Positions 1-9,307 of a stretch of 64,000 nucleotides of DNA are shown here, piece after piece. The translations under genes and the position numbers were made by a program. The stretch is from an uncultured virus (IMG/VR IMGVR_UViG_3300025015_000723) (taxonomy: Duplodnaviria > Heunggongvirae > Uroviricota > Caudoviricetes), in the IMG/VR virus record IMGVR_UViG_3300025015_000723, positions 1-64,000 of that record, one strand, 5' to 3'. The stretch's first letter is position 1. The number at the start of each line of letters is the position of its first letter. The notes beneath the pieces are model-generated. The model was given only the letters and a program-made list of their open reading frames with translations, had not been told where the DNA came from and ran no database searches.

Positions 1-447
1 AATAGGATTACCATTAGCATATTCTCTAAAATATTTCCTGCCATCTCTTTTTACTTCAACTTTAAGCCATTCAGAAAGAGCGTTGACCACTGAGGCTCCC
101 ACGCCGTGAAGACCACCAGATGTTTTATATGCCTGTTCGTCAAATTTTCCGCCAGCATGAAGTACTGTAAAAACAAGATCAACACCATATTTTTTCTCGG
201 TAGGATGCATCTGCACAGGCACGCCCCGACCATTATCGCGCACAGAAAGACTTCCATCCGCATGAACGGTGACAGCGACCAAATCGGCATAGCCGTTCAT
301 GGCCTCGTCTATTGCGTTGTCTATAATTTCAAATGCAGTTTGATGAGTTCCTGTCTCGTCATCCGTGTTTCCAATATACATACCAGGGCGTTGACGAACA
401 GGATCCAGGCCCTTAAGGACCTTAATATCCTTACTATTATATCCCAC
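1..447 (-). CDS. gyrB: DNA gyrase/topoisomerase II subunit B, N-terminal part (runs off the left edge; absent from the ORF track)
   Basis: Manual translation from GTG at 447 (SD AAGGAAG upstream): [26 protein letters not shown]...EIIDNAIDE...DNGRGVP...LHAGGKF...[16 protein letters not shown], the GHKL ATPase motifs of GyrB/ParE. Confidence 0.93.
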   Translation of the reverse strand, partial: MGYNSKDIKVLKGLDPVRQRPGMYIGNTDDETGTHQTAFEIIDNAIDEAMNGYADLVAVTVHADGSLSVRDNGRGVPVQMHPTEKKYGVDLVFTVLHAGGKFDEQAYKTSGGLHGVGASVVNALSEWLKVEVKRDGRKYFREYANGNPI

Positions 448-461
448 GATGTCTTCCTTTC

Positions 462-1094
462 TTAGCTCACTGTTTTTGTGGCTGTAATGATTTTCTTTTG
501 ATTTTTCTTTCCGCAGGGCCCCAACACGATGGCCTCGGACAATGGAATACTATAATTACGAAACATAGATTTAAAAAGCGCCACATTAGCTAAAATATCA
601 TATAATGCACTGTGTTGTTTACTGGTTTCAATTTCAACACCAAATTTCTGACACAAAACTCCTAATCTATACGATGGAGTAGCAACGGCTAAGTGTTTGG
701 CCAGAGACTGAGTATCAAGAGTTCCACCATATGAAAAAGATAACTCTGGCGAATATTTACTGTACATTGATTCTAAAAAAGCTATATCAAATTTTATATT
801 ATGTCCACATATAATAGATTTAGGAGTGCTTAATTTAGAAAGATATGGGCCAACCTCATCTTGAAAGGGTTTTGCTCCTCGCCAAGACATAAACGAATAA
901 TGATTCATGGCTAAGGCTCGCTCATCAGCCGTGGCAATGCTCTGAGGTAAGACTTTGTATTCCGCTTGATCAAAATCGTTAAGCGTAATTGGGTCCACCT
1001 GCACTATACCAATTTCAATAATTTCATGTGTTGTTGGACTAAGACCTGTAGTTTCGGTGTCTATAAAAATTAATTTATCAATCTTTTCTATCAT
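462..1094 (-). CDS. DEDDh 3'-5' exonuclease (DnaQ/epsilon-like)
   Basis: FIDTETTGL (ExoI), GHNIKFD (ExoII), HSALYD (ExoIII). Confidence 0.9.
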   Translation of the reverse strand: MIEKIDKLIFIDTETTGLSPTTHEIIEIGIVQVDPITLNDFDQAEYKVLPQSIATADERALAMNHYSFMSWRGAKPFQDEVGPYLSKLSTPKSIICGHNIKFDIAFLESMYSKYSPELSFSYGGTLDTQSLAKHLAVATPSYRLGVLCQKFGVEIETSKQHSALYDILANVALFKSMFRNYSIPLSEAIVLGPCGKKNQKKIITATKTVS

Positions 1095-1308
1095 TCCCCG
1101 TTCCTTCGGAACCGATTAACAGAGCCTCTAGTTCATTTATATCTGCAACTAAATGATTACACTGTTCACAAGTTCCATCTACAATATAAGCTATTTTATT
1201 AATAAAATCAAGGTCTTTGCTACATTTACTTAAATCTGTAATAGAAGCAATCCAAAATCTGTCACCTTTACAAGCGGGACAGGATATATACATGCCATAG
1301 TTTTTCAT
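1078..1308 (-). CDS. small zinc-ribbon protein
   Basis: CPAC...CEQC; overlaps both neighbours. Confidence 0.6.
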   Translation of the reverse strand: MKNYGMYISCPACKGDRFWIASITDLSKCSKDLDFINKIAYIVDGTCEQCNHLVADINELEALLIGSEGTGNDRKD

Positions 1309-2702
1309 TTTGATTCGCCCATGAAGCCAATTTTAGAACCCTTCGGTGTAACTTTTTTCTTTTCTAACATAGCGGCTTCACGTAAATCATCCATACCAAT
1401 CTTCTCTTTACCTTTGTTGGCAGCAAGAATAGCCGCCAATAACACAGCATTTTTAATATTACCACCGGCATATATAAATTCTTCACCTAAAATTTTAAAA
1501 TCAACCGCCTTATCAATTGCTTGCTCTTTAAGCATCGTTTGCCATATTTTGGCGCGTTGACTAGCATCTGGCATTTCAAATGCTACTTTAAGAATAACAC
1601 GACGCATTAACGCTTTATCTAATAATTCCTCACGATTGGTAGTTAAAATCACCACACCATCATGAGCTTCCACACACTGAAGCAATACGTTGACCTGTGA
1701 AATTTCCCAACTCTTTGAATCATCGCCTCTAGCGTGCATCACACTATCAGCTTCATCAATTAGGAGCACGGCTCCAGATTTTGCAGCGCGTTTGAACATT
1801 TCTTTAATTTTCTTTTCTGTTTCACCAACATATTTATTAAGTAAATCAGCATAATCCACTACAATTAATTCTTTTTTGCAACGTTGGGCTAAATAACGGG
1901 CGGCGAGGGTTTTCCCTGTGCCAGGGGGGCCATGAAATAAAATAACCATACCACTTCCATATGGAATGGATTCCCCAAGTGCCCAATCCACAAAAATCTT
2001 TTTATAGTGTTTTAAATATGCTTCCGTCATATGAAGCTGTTCCATAGTAGCTTCTTTTGCTATAAGAGTAATGGTTCCAGCGGTTTGACATGTGTCTTTG
2101 CATTTCTTTTTTTGTTGCAATACCGCTAAATCATAATCCGTCATCCCCGCTAACATTTCTCTAAGTGGCTCCAACACCATTAAATCAGAAGCCCCAAGAG
2201 GCGCACTTTCACTTTGTTGGATATGCAACAATCCGCCATTAATCATTTTAGCATCATTACTAAATAGTTTTAAACGAGACACTACATCTTTTTCATTATT
2301 AGAAAAGAATTTAAGGACTGGACTGATATTTTTAATATACATAAAAATATTGTCAGTCCCAACTTCCTGCCATGACAAATATAAAAGAATAAGCATTTCT
2401 AATTCTGATAATTGAAAATCACACATCAGTTGTGTGGTGGGAAGATTTGAAGATCTTTTCATTTTTGTTGCAATTTTTATATATTCCCTTTCCGCAATTA
2501 CTCTTAATTTTTTAGCTGAGGTAGAAACTGTAGTTGCCGTAACAACTAAACCCGTTAAAGTTTTTATTCTCTTAGAGGCTTTAGCTGTTTCAGTTGGAGG
2601 TACTGTTTCCATAAACAACGCAGCGTTTAAACTTATAAAATATTCACCAATATCTAGTAAAAAATCGTCATAAGATGCATAGCTATTTTTACGTGCACTC
2701 AA
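1305..2702 (-). CDS. AAA+ ATPase with N-terminal helical (winged-helix-like) domain
   Basis: Walker A GPPGTGKT, pore loop KYVGETEK, Walker B LLIDEAD, second region of homology TTN...LDKALMRR. Confidence 0.9.
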   Translation of the reverse strand: MSARKNSYASYDDFLLDIGEYFISLNAALFMETVPPTETAKASKRIKTLTGLVVTATTVSTSAKKLRVIAEREYIKIATKMKRSSNLPTTQLMCDFQLSELEMLILLYLSWQEVGTDNIFMYIKNISPVLKFFSNNEKDVVSRLKLFSNDAKMINGGLLHIQQSESAPLGASDLMVLEPLREMLAGMTDYDLAVLQQKKKCKDTCQTAGTITLIAKEATMEQLHMTEAYLKHYKKIFVDWALGESIPYGSGMVILFHGPPGTGKTLAARYLAQRCKKELIVVDYADLLNKYVGETEKKIKEMFKRAAKSGAVLLIDEADSVMHARGDDSKSWEISQVNVLLQCVEAHDGVVILTTNREELLDKALMRRVILKVAFEMPDASQRAKIWQTMLKEQAIDKAVDFKILGEEFIYAGGNIKNAVLLAAILAANKGKEKIGMDDLREAAMLEKKKVTPKGSKIGFMGESK

Positions 2703-2762
2703 GGGCGTACCTCTCTTTTTAAAATGCTACTTTAAATTTGTTTTATTAATAGGTGTGCCCAA

Positions 2763-4424
2763 TTATTGATTGTGTTTTTGCATCATAACCCTTGGGCGAG
2801 CCACTTTATCCACTCTAGGATCGTCTTCTCTAAATGCAGTTTCTACAAGGAGAGCGTCCGTGGTAAGCATAAGCAGGGCAACAGATACGGCATTTTCTAG
2901 AGCTGCTCTACTCACTTTTGCTGGGTCAATTACCCCATCATCTATTAAATTAGAATATTGTTCCGTAGCAGCATTAAAACCATAACCATATTGCTGGGGA
3001 TAAGCCTCTAGTGCTTTAGTGACCGCTTCTGTCGCTGGGTCTAAGCCAGCATTTGCTGCAATTTGACGCGATGGGGCCTTTAAAGCCTTCCGAATAATAT
3101 CAAATCCAATTTTAGCATCTTTATGTGCTTGATTTTCCATTGCCGTTTCCACTGCCTTGGAAGCATATAGGAAAGCAAGACCACCACCTGGAAGGATACC
3201 CTCTTCCATAGCAGATTGAGTGGCATGAACAGCATCTTCCACTCTATCTTTAGCTTCATTCGCTTCTTCTTCGTTAAGACCACCAACATGAATAACCGCA
3301 ACGGCGCCCTGCAATCTACTTAATCTATCTCTAAGTTGATCAATTTCAAAGGGAGCCAAATGCTCTTGAGCCAACGCATATTTAATTCTATCCATACGTT
3401 GATCCACTACTTCTTTGTTTCCGCCCCCACCCATAATCGTGGTGCTAAATTTAGTACAAATGATTTTTTTAGCTTGACCACAATATGCCAAAGAAACATC
3501 ATTAATATTAGTTACCTCTGGGTCTACAAATTGTGCTCCAGTTAAAGCTGCCATATCTTCACAAAGTTGAATTTTAGCCTCACCATAGCCTGGGGTGCTT
3601 ACAGCGGCAACTTGTACGGCGCCCTTCATTTTATTATAGACAAGCGTTTGAAGAACTTCATTACTAAAGCCATCGGCAATAATTAAAAGAGGTTTTTTAG
3701 ATTTACTAACTTCATTCAATAAATTGACCAATGGTTCAGCGGCCATCAATTTATGCATAGTAATGAGAATATATGCATCTTCAAACTCAGTAATATTTCT
3801 AATTTGATCAGTTACAAAATATGGTGTTGGTAATCCTTTGTCAAATTGGAAGCCCTCTGTTAAAGAATAATAAGTCTCAGCTGTCTGAGATAACTCAACC
3901 GTTACTACACCGTTATTAACCCTGTTAATTGCTTCTGCAATAATAGCCCCAGTGATATCGTCATTGTTAGCAGAAATAGTGGCAATTTTTTGAATATCAC
4001 CATCTTTCACGGAAGTAGCTAAACGTTTTAATTCTGAAACAGCAACATCCTTACTGGCGTTAATGCCACGTCTTAATTCGGCAATGTTTACACCTACTGC
4101 CATGGCCCTTCGACCCTCATTATAGATTTCTCTAGTTAAGACTGCTGCGGTGGTGGTCCCGTCTCCAGCGGTGTCATTTGTTGTATTAGCGGCGGTTCTT
4201 ATCATGTCGGCGCCGATATTTTCAGCTGGATCTTCCAAAATAGTTTCATTGGCGACAGTGACCCCATCTTTTGTAACGGTAGTACCATAACGGCCACGGT
4301 CAATAGTTACAACTCGGCCTTGAGCACCTAAAGTGCAGGCCACCACATCTGTAATTGTATTTACCCCTTTACTTAAAAGTCGCTGAGCTTCTTCTTTAAG
4401 ATATACTTTCTTGGGCGTACTCAT
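2763..4424 (-). CDS. groEL: GroEL-like chaperonin
   Basis: TKDGVTVA, AGDGTTTA, GFQFDKG, EDAVHATQSAMEEGILPGGG, GVIDPAKV; 553 aa; no GGM tail. Confidence 0.96.
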   Translation of the reverse strand: MSTPKKVYLKEEAQRLLSKGVNTITDVVACTLGAQGRVVTIDRGRYGTTVTKDGVTVANETILEDPAENIGADMIRTAANTTNDTAGDGTTTAAVLTREIYNEGRRAMAVGVNIAELRRGINASKDVAVSELKRLATSVKDGDIQKIATISANNDDITGAIIAEAINRVNNGVVTVELSQTAETYYSLTEGFQFDKGLPTPYFVTDQIRNITEFEDAYILITMHKLMAAEPLVNLLNEVSKSKKPLLIIADGFSNEVLQTLVYNKMKGAVQVAAVSTPGYGEAKIQLCEDMAALTGAQFVDPEVTNINDVSLAYCGQAKKIICTKFSTTIMGGGGNKEVVDQRMDRIKYALAQEHLAPFEIDQLRDRLSRLQGAVAVIHVGGLNEEEANEAKDRVEDAVHATQSAMEEGILPGGGLAFLYASKAVETAMENQAHKDAKIGFDIIRKALKAPSRQIAANAGLDPATEAVTKALEAYPQQYGYGFNAATEQYSNLIDDGVIDPAKVSRAALENAVSVALLMLTTDALLVETAFREDDPRVDKVARPRVMMQKHNQ

Positions 4425-4433
4425 ATTTTCTCC

Positions 4434-5078
4434 TTAGGATAAGTTACATGTTATATCTGGAAAAATTTTAAATAACAATTCCTCGGCACTATCGCAGAGA
4501 AATTGAATATCATGTAAGTTAATTAGAATAGCATCAAAATCAGGATAATCATCTAATTCAATTTCTGATTCATGTTTAGGATCACGATTGGGATCAATAA
4601 ATGGACTTCCGTCTGCATTATACCTTATCGTTCTCAATAATTTTCCCCTGACACCCTTAATAAAATTAGCTTCATTCAGAAGTCTCACATCAGCTACAAC
4701 AACATTTTTTATTCCATTGGCTTCAAAATTAGCTAAAGTATCTTCAACACGTTCAACCCAATAGTCTTTTTTAAAATAATTACGTCGAATAGTTCCCCAC
4801 CATTGTAAAAAATTACCATTTTTTTCCTTCATTCCATCTCTTAAAAGAGAGGGCGGGAAAGATGAGGGTAACGGTACGACAATTCCATTTTCTAATTTAA
4901 CACCAGTATATTCGGCATTGTCGCCAACCACTAATGTGCAATATTTATAAATTTCCTGTGTTTCCGCATAAAGAATGTCAGCAAAATGAATCACTGAAAA
5001 ACCATATTTATCTCTCAAAAAATTAGCAGTAGTGTCTTTACCGCTTCTTGCCTTTCCAGAAATTCCTATAATTTTCAT
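4434..5078 (-). CDS. deoxynucleoside monophosphate kinase
   Basis: GISGKARSGKDT P-loop, FAD, LQWWGT, DVRLLNE, HESE: typical of phage dNMP kinases. Confidence 0.85.
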   Translation of the reverse strand: MKIIGISGKARSGKDTTANFLRDKYGFSVIHFADILYAETQEIYKYCTLVVGDNAEYTGVKLENGIVVPLPSSFPPSLLRDGMKEKNGNFLQWWGTIRRNYFKKDYWVERVEDTLANFEANGIKNVVVADVRLLNEANFIKGVRGKLLRTIRYNADGSPFIDPNRDPKHESEIELDDYPDFDAILINLHDIQFLCDSAEELLFKIFPDITCNLS

Positions 5079-6394
5079 TTCTTTTTTCCCTTCTTAATGT
5101 GCTCACATTTTTCTGTAAAATAATGCACAGTATATTTACTCTTAGAAAATCTATTAGCAAGGTGTTGTAACCTACCAACATTAAGATTATCCAACATTGC
5201 TAATCTATTATCAAGCGTCAAAAGTTTTGCATTTTTTTGAAATTCAGCTAGGGTTGTTTCATAGGACATGATAGTTAATTCATCTCCCAACGCGTCAACT
5301 AAATCTTCAATACTATTGTGAATTAAACAATAATTAGTTTTCATATTCATGGCTATCATTTTTACTGCTTCTGGAGTTACATCCGAAGCGGCTTGTTTTA
5401 CAATTTTCGATAACAACTCATGATCTTTGGGGCCAGTGGTAAGCTTTTTTTCCATGGCATATTCAATACCCAATACTACCCCACCATCTACCCGAGAAAT
5501 TAAACCACCACAGTCATAACAAATACCATGGTCTCCACGTAGTACCTTATGAGCTTTGGAATTACCACCAGTGAAAAAGAGACCACCGATGGCCAACATA
5601 TCGTACCACGCTTGCGTCCCAAGCAAAGGACCAGAGGCCTCCATAAAGTGATATCGTCTTGCCTCTATACCAGATAAGGTATAATTAGCTAATGACCATG
5701 TAGACATTTTTTGATCGTAAGCTTTGGGTCTGCTTTTATCTAATTTAACTTTAAGGGAGGCATTATAATTACCAAAATCCATTTTCGTCATAAAGCGATT
5801 AATATCCTCTGGACACAAATCGCCAACAATAAGAACGAAACTTTGGTCTCCCCAGGTGTTCCAATTTTGATGAGCCTTACGAAGATCGGCTACTGAAATA
5901 CCATCCAAAAAATCAGTACCAATCATAACACCTTGTTTGTATCTTGGAGAGGTTCGGGTAACAGCCCTCATAAAAACATCAATAAAAGCCGCAGTGTTAT
6001 CAGCATCAAGAGCTTCGGCTCTAATAATTTCTTTTTCACAATTCCAATTTTCTTGTGTATAATTTTCACTAACAAGTTGAGCGGACCATTGTCTAGCCAC
6101 TTCGTCTAAAGCTTTAGTGGAAACGACACCAGATGCGTCTAAACCAGCCATTGCAAAACCGGTGAAGGCATTGATGTTGACTCCAAATGTAGCTGCGGCT
6201 TCATTGGCTATATTATGATTTCCTAGTTTATTGAAAACCAACATATGTTCAGTTGCATGGGCAAGCCCGGGAATTTTTTCATGAGCAGCTCCAGCGTAAG
6301 GTAAAACATATTGCATCCTAAAACATTTTTCAAATGCTCGATAATGAATTACTACTGGCTTATTTTTTAGCTTAATCACGTTGATTGTTGCCAC
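5075..6394 (-). CDS. M16 family (inverzincin) metallopeptidase
   Basis: PGLAHATEHM (HxxEH), NAFT, downstream EKEIIRAE, C-terminal LRGDHGICY resembling the M16 R...Y motif. Confidence 0.8.
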   Translation of the reverse strand: MATINVIKLKNKPVVIHYRAFEKCFRMQYVLPYAGAAHEKIPGLAHATEHMLVFNKLGNHNIANEAAATFGVNINAFTGFAMAGLDASGVVSTKALDEVARQWSAQLVSENYTQENWNCEKEIIRAEALDADNTAAFIDVFMRAVTRTSPRYKQGVMIGTDFLDGISVADLRKAHQNWNTWGDQSFVLIVGDLCPEDINRFMTKMDFGNYNASLKVKLDKSRPKAYDQKMSTWSLANYTLSGIEARRYHFMEASGPLLGTQAWYDMLAIGGLFFTGGNSKAHKVLRGDHGICYDCGGLISRVDGGVVLGIEYAMEKKLTTGPKDHELLSKIVKQAASDVTPEAVKMIAMNMKTNYCLIHNSIEDLVDALGDELTIMSYETTLAEFQKNAKLLTLDNRLAMLDNLNVGRLQHLANRFSKSKYTVHYFTEKCEHIKKGKKK

Positions 6395-6410
6395 TCATCA
6401 CCTTCTCTTT

Positions 6411-6956
6411 CTAAGCGCCTGTAGAACCAAAGCCCTTACTGCCTCGCTCTGTTTCTGCTAGTTCCATAACCAATATAGGTTCCGTTGGTTCAAAAGTCAA
6501 TGCACTCAATTGAGCAAATCTTGAACCAGGAGCAATATAAATACTATATGACATTGGGTTTAATATTGGGACAATAAGTTCCCCAACATAGTGACTATCA
6601 ATTAAAGCAGGGGCATTAGGCATCACAAGCCCAAGCAGTCCACTAGAAGAACGTAAACAAATTTTACCTTCATATCCATCTCCCAAGTGAATCCTTACGC
6701 CAGTATAAATTTTATGCATGGTATGGGGGCGAAGCTCCCACACATGCCCATAATCTTCATGTCCAAAAATATATTCTGTATCTAGTTGCCCCCAATCACC
6801 AGTTTGGACCCCCATTTTACTTATAATTGGCAAACAACCTCGCATATCTAAGGCTTGAACCTCTAAAGCTCTTAGGTCTACCGCCGCATCGCCTTTAGGT
6901 TTACCCACATCAAAATAACCGTCATAGGGACGGCATTGTACATAATTAAGTTTCAT
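6411..6956 (-). CDS. dut: trimeric dUTPase
   Basis: Motifs AAVDL, RSS, IDSHYVGE, RFAQL, RGSKGFGSTG. Start moved to ATG 6956 (SD GGAGGA) because the longer ORF-track start crosses a terminator. Confidence 0.88.
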   Translation of the reverse strand: MKLNYVQCRPYDGYFDVGKPKGDAAVDLRALEVQALDMRGCLPIISKMGVQTGDWGQLDTEYIFGHEDYGHVWELRPHTMHKIYTGVRIHLGDGYEGKICLRSSSGLLGLVMPNAPALIDSHYVGELIVPILNPMSYSIYIAPGSRFAQLSALTFEPTEPILVMELAETERGSKGFGSTGA

Positions 6957-6969
6957 GAATCCTCCATAA

Positions 6970-7004
6970 TAAAAATACCGCCCTCCCCGGGGAGGAGAGG
7001 GCGG
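6970..7004 (-). terminator. intrinsic terminator
   Basis: Minus strand CCGCCCTC...GAGGGCGG followed by TATTTTT. Confidence 0.75.
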
Positions 7005-7024
7005 CTTAGACAACCTACGTGGCT

Positions 7025-7279
7025 TTACTTGCTTTTCTTTCCGCCATCGTTCTCTTCGTCAGTCTCTCCAGAATCTGGCATAACCGAGACACTGATAGAT
7101 GTACAAAGCTCCATCATAGACGCCTTGTTGGCCTCTCTTACGGCCTCGTCGATTGTCTTTCCCACTGCACTTACTTCGTCCACCTTGCCTTCAAACGTAA
7201 TTTCCAACTTTTTCTTTGAGGTCAGAACCTTCTTAACCTTAAGGCCCCGAATCTCCGCAACCTTGACGTCAGCGCTCAT
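7025..7279 (-). CDS. hypothetical protein (84 aa)
   Basis: SD GGAGGTG upstream of ATG 7279; elevated GC. Confidence 0.7.
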   Translation of the reverse strand: MSADVKVAEIRGLKVKKVLTSKKKLEITFEGKVDEVSAVGKTIDEAVREANKASMMELCTSISVSVMPDSGETDEENDGGKKSK

Positions 7280-7293
7280 AATATCACCTCCCA

Positions 7294-7677
7294 TTACTTC
7301 GACTTACTGAGGCGCTTGAGAGCGACCTTAGAAATCGAGCCCTTTCGTACTTTGGTTGCCCGAACAAACTGCTCGCGGCGAGTAGTGGAGTGGAACCAGC
7401 CCTTAGCCTGGAAGGCCCGACGAATGCGGGACACAGATTCCAGGGGAGGATAGCCGCCTACCTTAGCTACATTGAGATCAAGCATAAGGCGATCATCTGC
7501 AATTTCTACTCCAAAATATCGGTTAAGTAGAGTAGTGTAAAGCAGCACGTCATTGCTACGGCAGCCGACATTGGACGTCAAAATATTCTCAATCTGACGC
7601 GACAAAGAATCCTGTTTTACTGTCAGCTTATGGGGCGGCGTAGAGCTAGTTTTAGTCTTATTTTTACTCTTATTCAT
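7294..7677 (-). CDS. hypothetical basic protein, possibly DNA-binding
   Basis: SD AAGGAG before ATG 7677; ESVSRIRRAFQ motif; K/R-rich. Confidence 0.65.
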   Translation of the reverse strand: MNKSKNKTKTSSTPPHKLTVKQDSLSRQIENILTSNVGCRSNDVLLYTTLLNRYFGVEIADDRLMLDLNVAKVGGYPPLESVSRIRRAFQAKGWFHSTTRREQFVRATKVRKGSISKVALKRLSKSK

Positions 7678-7717
7678 CCTTCTCTCCTTCCTATCTGCAC
7701 ATATTGTGCTCATTATT

Positions 7718-7746
7718 AATATAATCTTAAAACACAAAAAAGTCAA
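7718..7746 (-). promoter_or_regulatory. sigma70-like promoter TTGACT-N17-TATATT
   Basis: Read directly; exact 17-nt spacer. Confidence 0.75.
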
Positions 7747-8023
7747 TATCTTTTTGTGATATACCAAATGAAATAGAATTTATACGATACTTTAAATCAC
7801 TATCTTTGATTTTCAAAGACTGTAAATACCATCTTCTTTGAATGGAGTTTGGAACAAATTTTTCTTCGGGTTGTTTAAATCTGGATTTTATAATTTTAGA
7901 CGCGCCATCTCTCAAAAATAGTATAATTACATTGGAAGCATATACTAGTTTTCTTGGGATTCTATACGAAGCCTCATATCTCATATATGAGGGCTCATCT
8001 TTAATATAAGCTTTTATAATCAT
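7727..8023 (-). CDS. hypothetical protein
   Basis: ORF downstream of the promoter at 8043-8071; start probably ATG 8023. Confidence 0.55.
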   Translation of the reverse strand: MIIKAYIKDEPSYMRYEASYRIPRKLVYASNVIILFLRDGASKIIKSRFKQPEEKFVPNSIQRRWYLQSLKIKDSDLKYRINSISFGISQKDIDFFVF

Positions 8024-8042
8024 TCCATCCCCAATCAAAATT

Positions 8043-8071
8043 AATATAACACTATTGTTGATAAAAATCAA
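8043..8071 (-). promoter_or_regulatory. sigma70-like promoter TTGATT-N17-TATATT
   Basis: Read directly; exact 17-nt spacer. Confidence 0.65.
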
Positions 8072-8096
8072 GAAAGCCCAGAAAAGATTCTGGGCT
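8069..8096 (-). terminator. intrinsic terminator
   Basis: AGCCCAGAA-tctt-TTCTGGGCT followed by TTCTT. Confidence 0.7.
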
Positions 8097-8121
8097 CTTG
8101 AACTATAATTATAAAAATTAA

Positions 8122-8379
8122 TTATCTTCCGCGTTCTTCTTTAGAAGGTTCTGTGTAACGAAATACTTTCCAGTAAACCAAACGACCCACTCTAAAACTA
8201 CATTTAGTTCCATCATGTAGTGTAAGTTCGCCCACATAACTTCTATTTTCCACGGCAGCTGTAATGGCATTATAAGCTGTCGTCGCTTCAGTTTGGTTCT
8301 CATATTTAACCTGCTCATGAGATCCATTGTTGAAAAATAATCTTACTACATAATTTCTTTCGGCAGGTTTCATTCTCAA
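8122..8379 (-). CDS. hypothetical protein
   Basis: ORF overlapping the upstream stop; SD AAGGAG. Confidence 0.6.
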   Translation of the reverse strand: MRMKPAERNYVVRLFFNNGSHEQVKYENQTEATTAYNAITAAVENRSYVGELTLHDGTKCSFRVGRLVYWKVFRYTEPSKEERGR

Positions 8380-8711
8380 TTCTCCTTTCCCGCGCTCTCC
8401 ACTGAAGCTACGGTATTATATATAAAATAAGCGAGCAAATCATAATCGTTTGGATCGTGTAAATGTGTTCCGTCTTGTACCATACATTCCACGATATGAA
8501 TTAATTCATGAATTGTAGTAATAGCCTGTTCCTTTGGGGATTGACCATATGAGACAAATATCTTATATTCTGAAGCATCACCTGGGTCAATTTGCCCTAC
8601 TTTATAGTTGGGGAGAGACTTACGAATGACATCTATGGTATTCCCGCCGCTTAACTGTAGAGTTGATAACAACTCAGCTTTGCGTGTCATTCGACCATGG
8701 GGCGTTTTCAT
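8376..8711 (-). CDS. small zincin-like (HExxH) protein
   Basis: TTIHELIHIVE motif in a 111-aa protein. Confidence 0.6.
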   Translation of the reverse strand: MKTPHGRMTRKAELLSTLQLSGGNTIDVIRKSLPNYKVGQIDPGDASEYKIFVSYGQSPKEQAITTIHELIHIVECMVQDGTHLHDPNDYDLLAYFIYNTVASVESAGKEN

Positions 8712-8943
8712 TAATTAATAAATCCAAACGCTCCGCATCCCGACATAGAGAATTAAAAGTCACAATATTATCTATGTATAGTTTTTTTCCCGTTTCACTT
8801 AACATATTAAATTGTTTTTGATTATAGAGTTTAGGTTGAAAGTATTCTGGGGTCAAGGCAAAAACATCAAATGGGACCTTGAGTAACTCAGAAGTATTAG
8901 AATTACAACCTGAAGAGCAACCTGTAGAACAACAACTTGGCAT
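8674..8943 (-). CDS. hypothetical protein with Cys-rich N-terminus
   Basis: MPSCCSTGCSSGCNS; SD AAGGAG. Confidence 0.65.
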   Translation of the reverse strand: MPSCCSTGCSSGCNSNTSELLKVPFDVFALTPEYFQPKLYNQKQFNMLSETGKKLYIDNIVTFNSLCRDAERLDLLINENAPWSNDTQS

Positions 8944-8952
8944 TTTTTCTCC

Positions 8953-9240
8953 TTAGTATTGTCTTTGTTGACTACGCCTAAGAGCCAAAAGAGCTTCTCT
9001 TTTCTTTTTAATCAAGTCTGTTACTGCCTCTTGTGCGTCCACTGGTTTAGATGGAGTGGATGAAACAGCCAATACCACAGTTTTGGGTTTTGGTGGAGGG
9101 GTAGGTGTACCAGGAACAGAAGTTACCGAAATTGGAGGAGGGGGTGGGGGTGGAAGAGGTTGGGGAACAGATGAAATCGCCGGTTGTTGAACTGCCGGTT
9201 TTTCAATTTTACGATAACCGCCACAGCCGCCACACGCCAT
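8953..9240 (-). CDS. Pro-rich protein with N-terminal CxxC
   Basis: MACGGCGG, a run of seven Pro, basic C-terminal helix; SD GGAGGT. Confidence 0.7.
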   Translation of the reverse strand: MACGGCGGYRKIEKPAVQQPAISSVPQPLPPPPPPPISVTSVPGTPTPPPKPKTVVLAVSSTPSKPVDAQEAVTDLIKKKREALLALRRSQQRQY

Positions 9241-9274
9241 AGGACACCTCCGCTAAATTAACAATTATTAATAG

Positions 9275-9302
9275 GAAAAGAGCTGTTCATTTCTGAACAG
9301 CT
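9275..9302 (-). terminator. intrinsic terminator
   Basis: AGCTGTTCA-GAAA-TGAACAGCT-CTTTT. Confidence 0.75.
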
Positions 9303-9307
9303 TTAGA

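Noticed and set aside
51..465. ORF-track entries 106..465 (+) and 51..290 (-)
   Set aside because: They are shadows of the real gyrB frame (447 to <1, minus strand).
6957..7013. N-terminal extension MSKPPSPPRGG of the dUTPase in the ORF track
   Set aside because: It translates the terminator hairpin; a strong SD supports ATG 6956.
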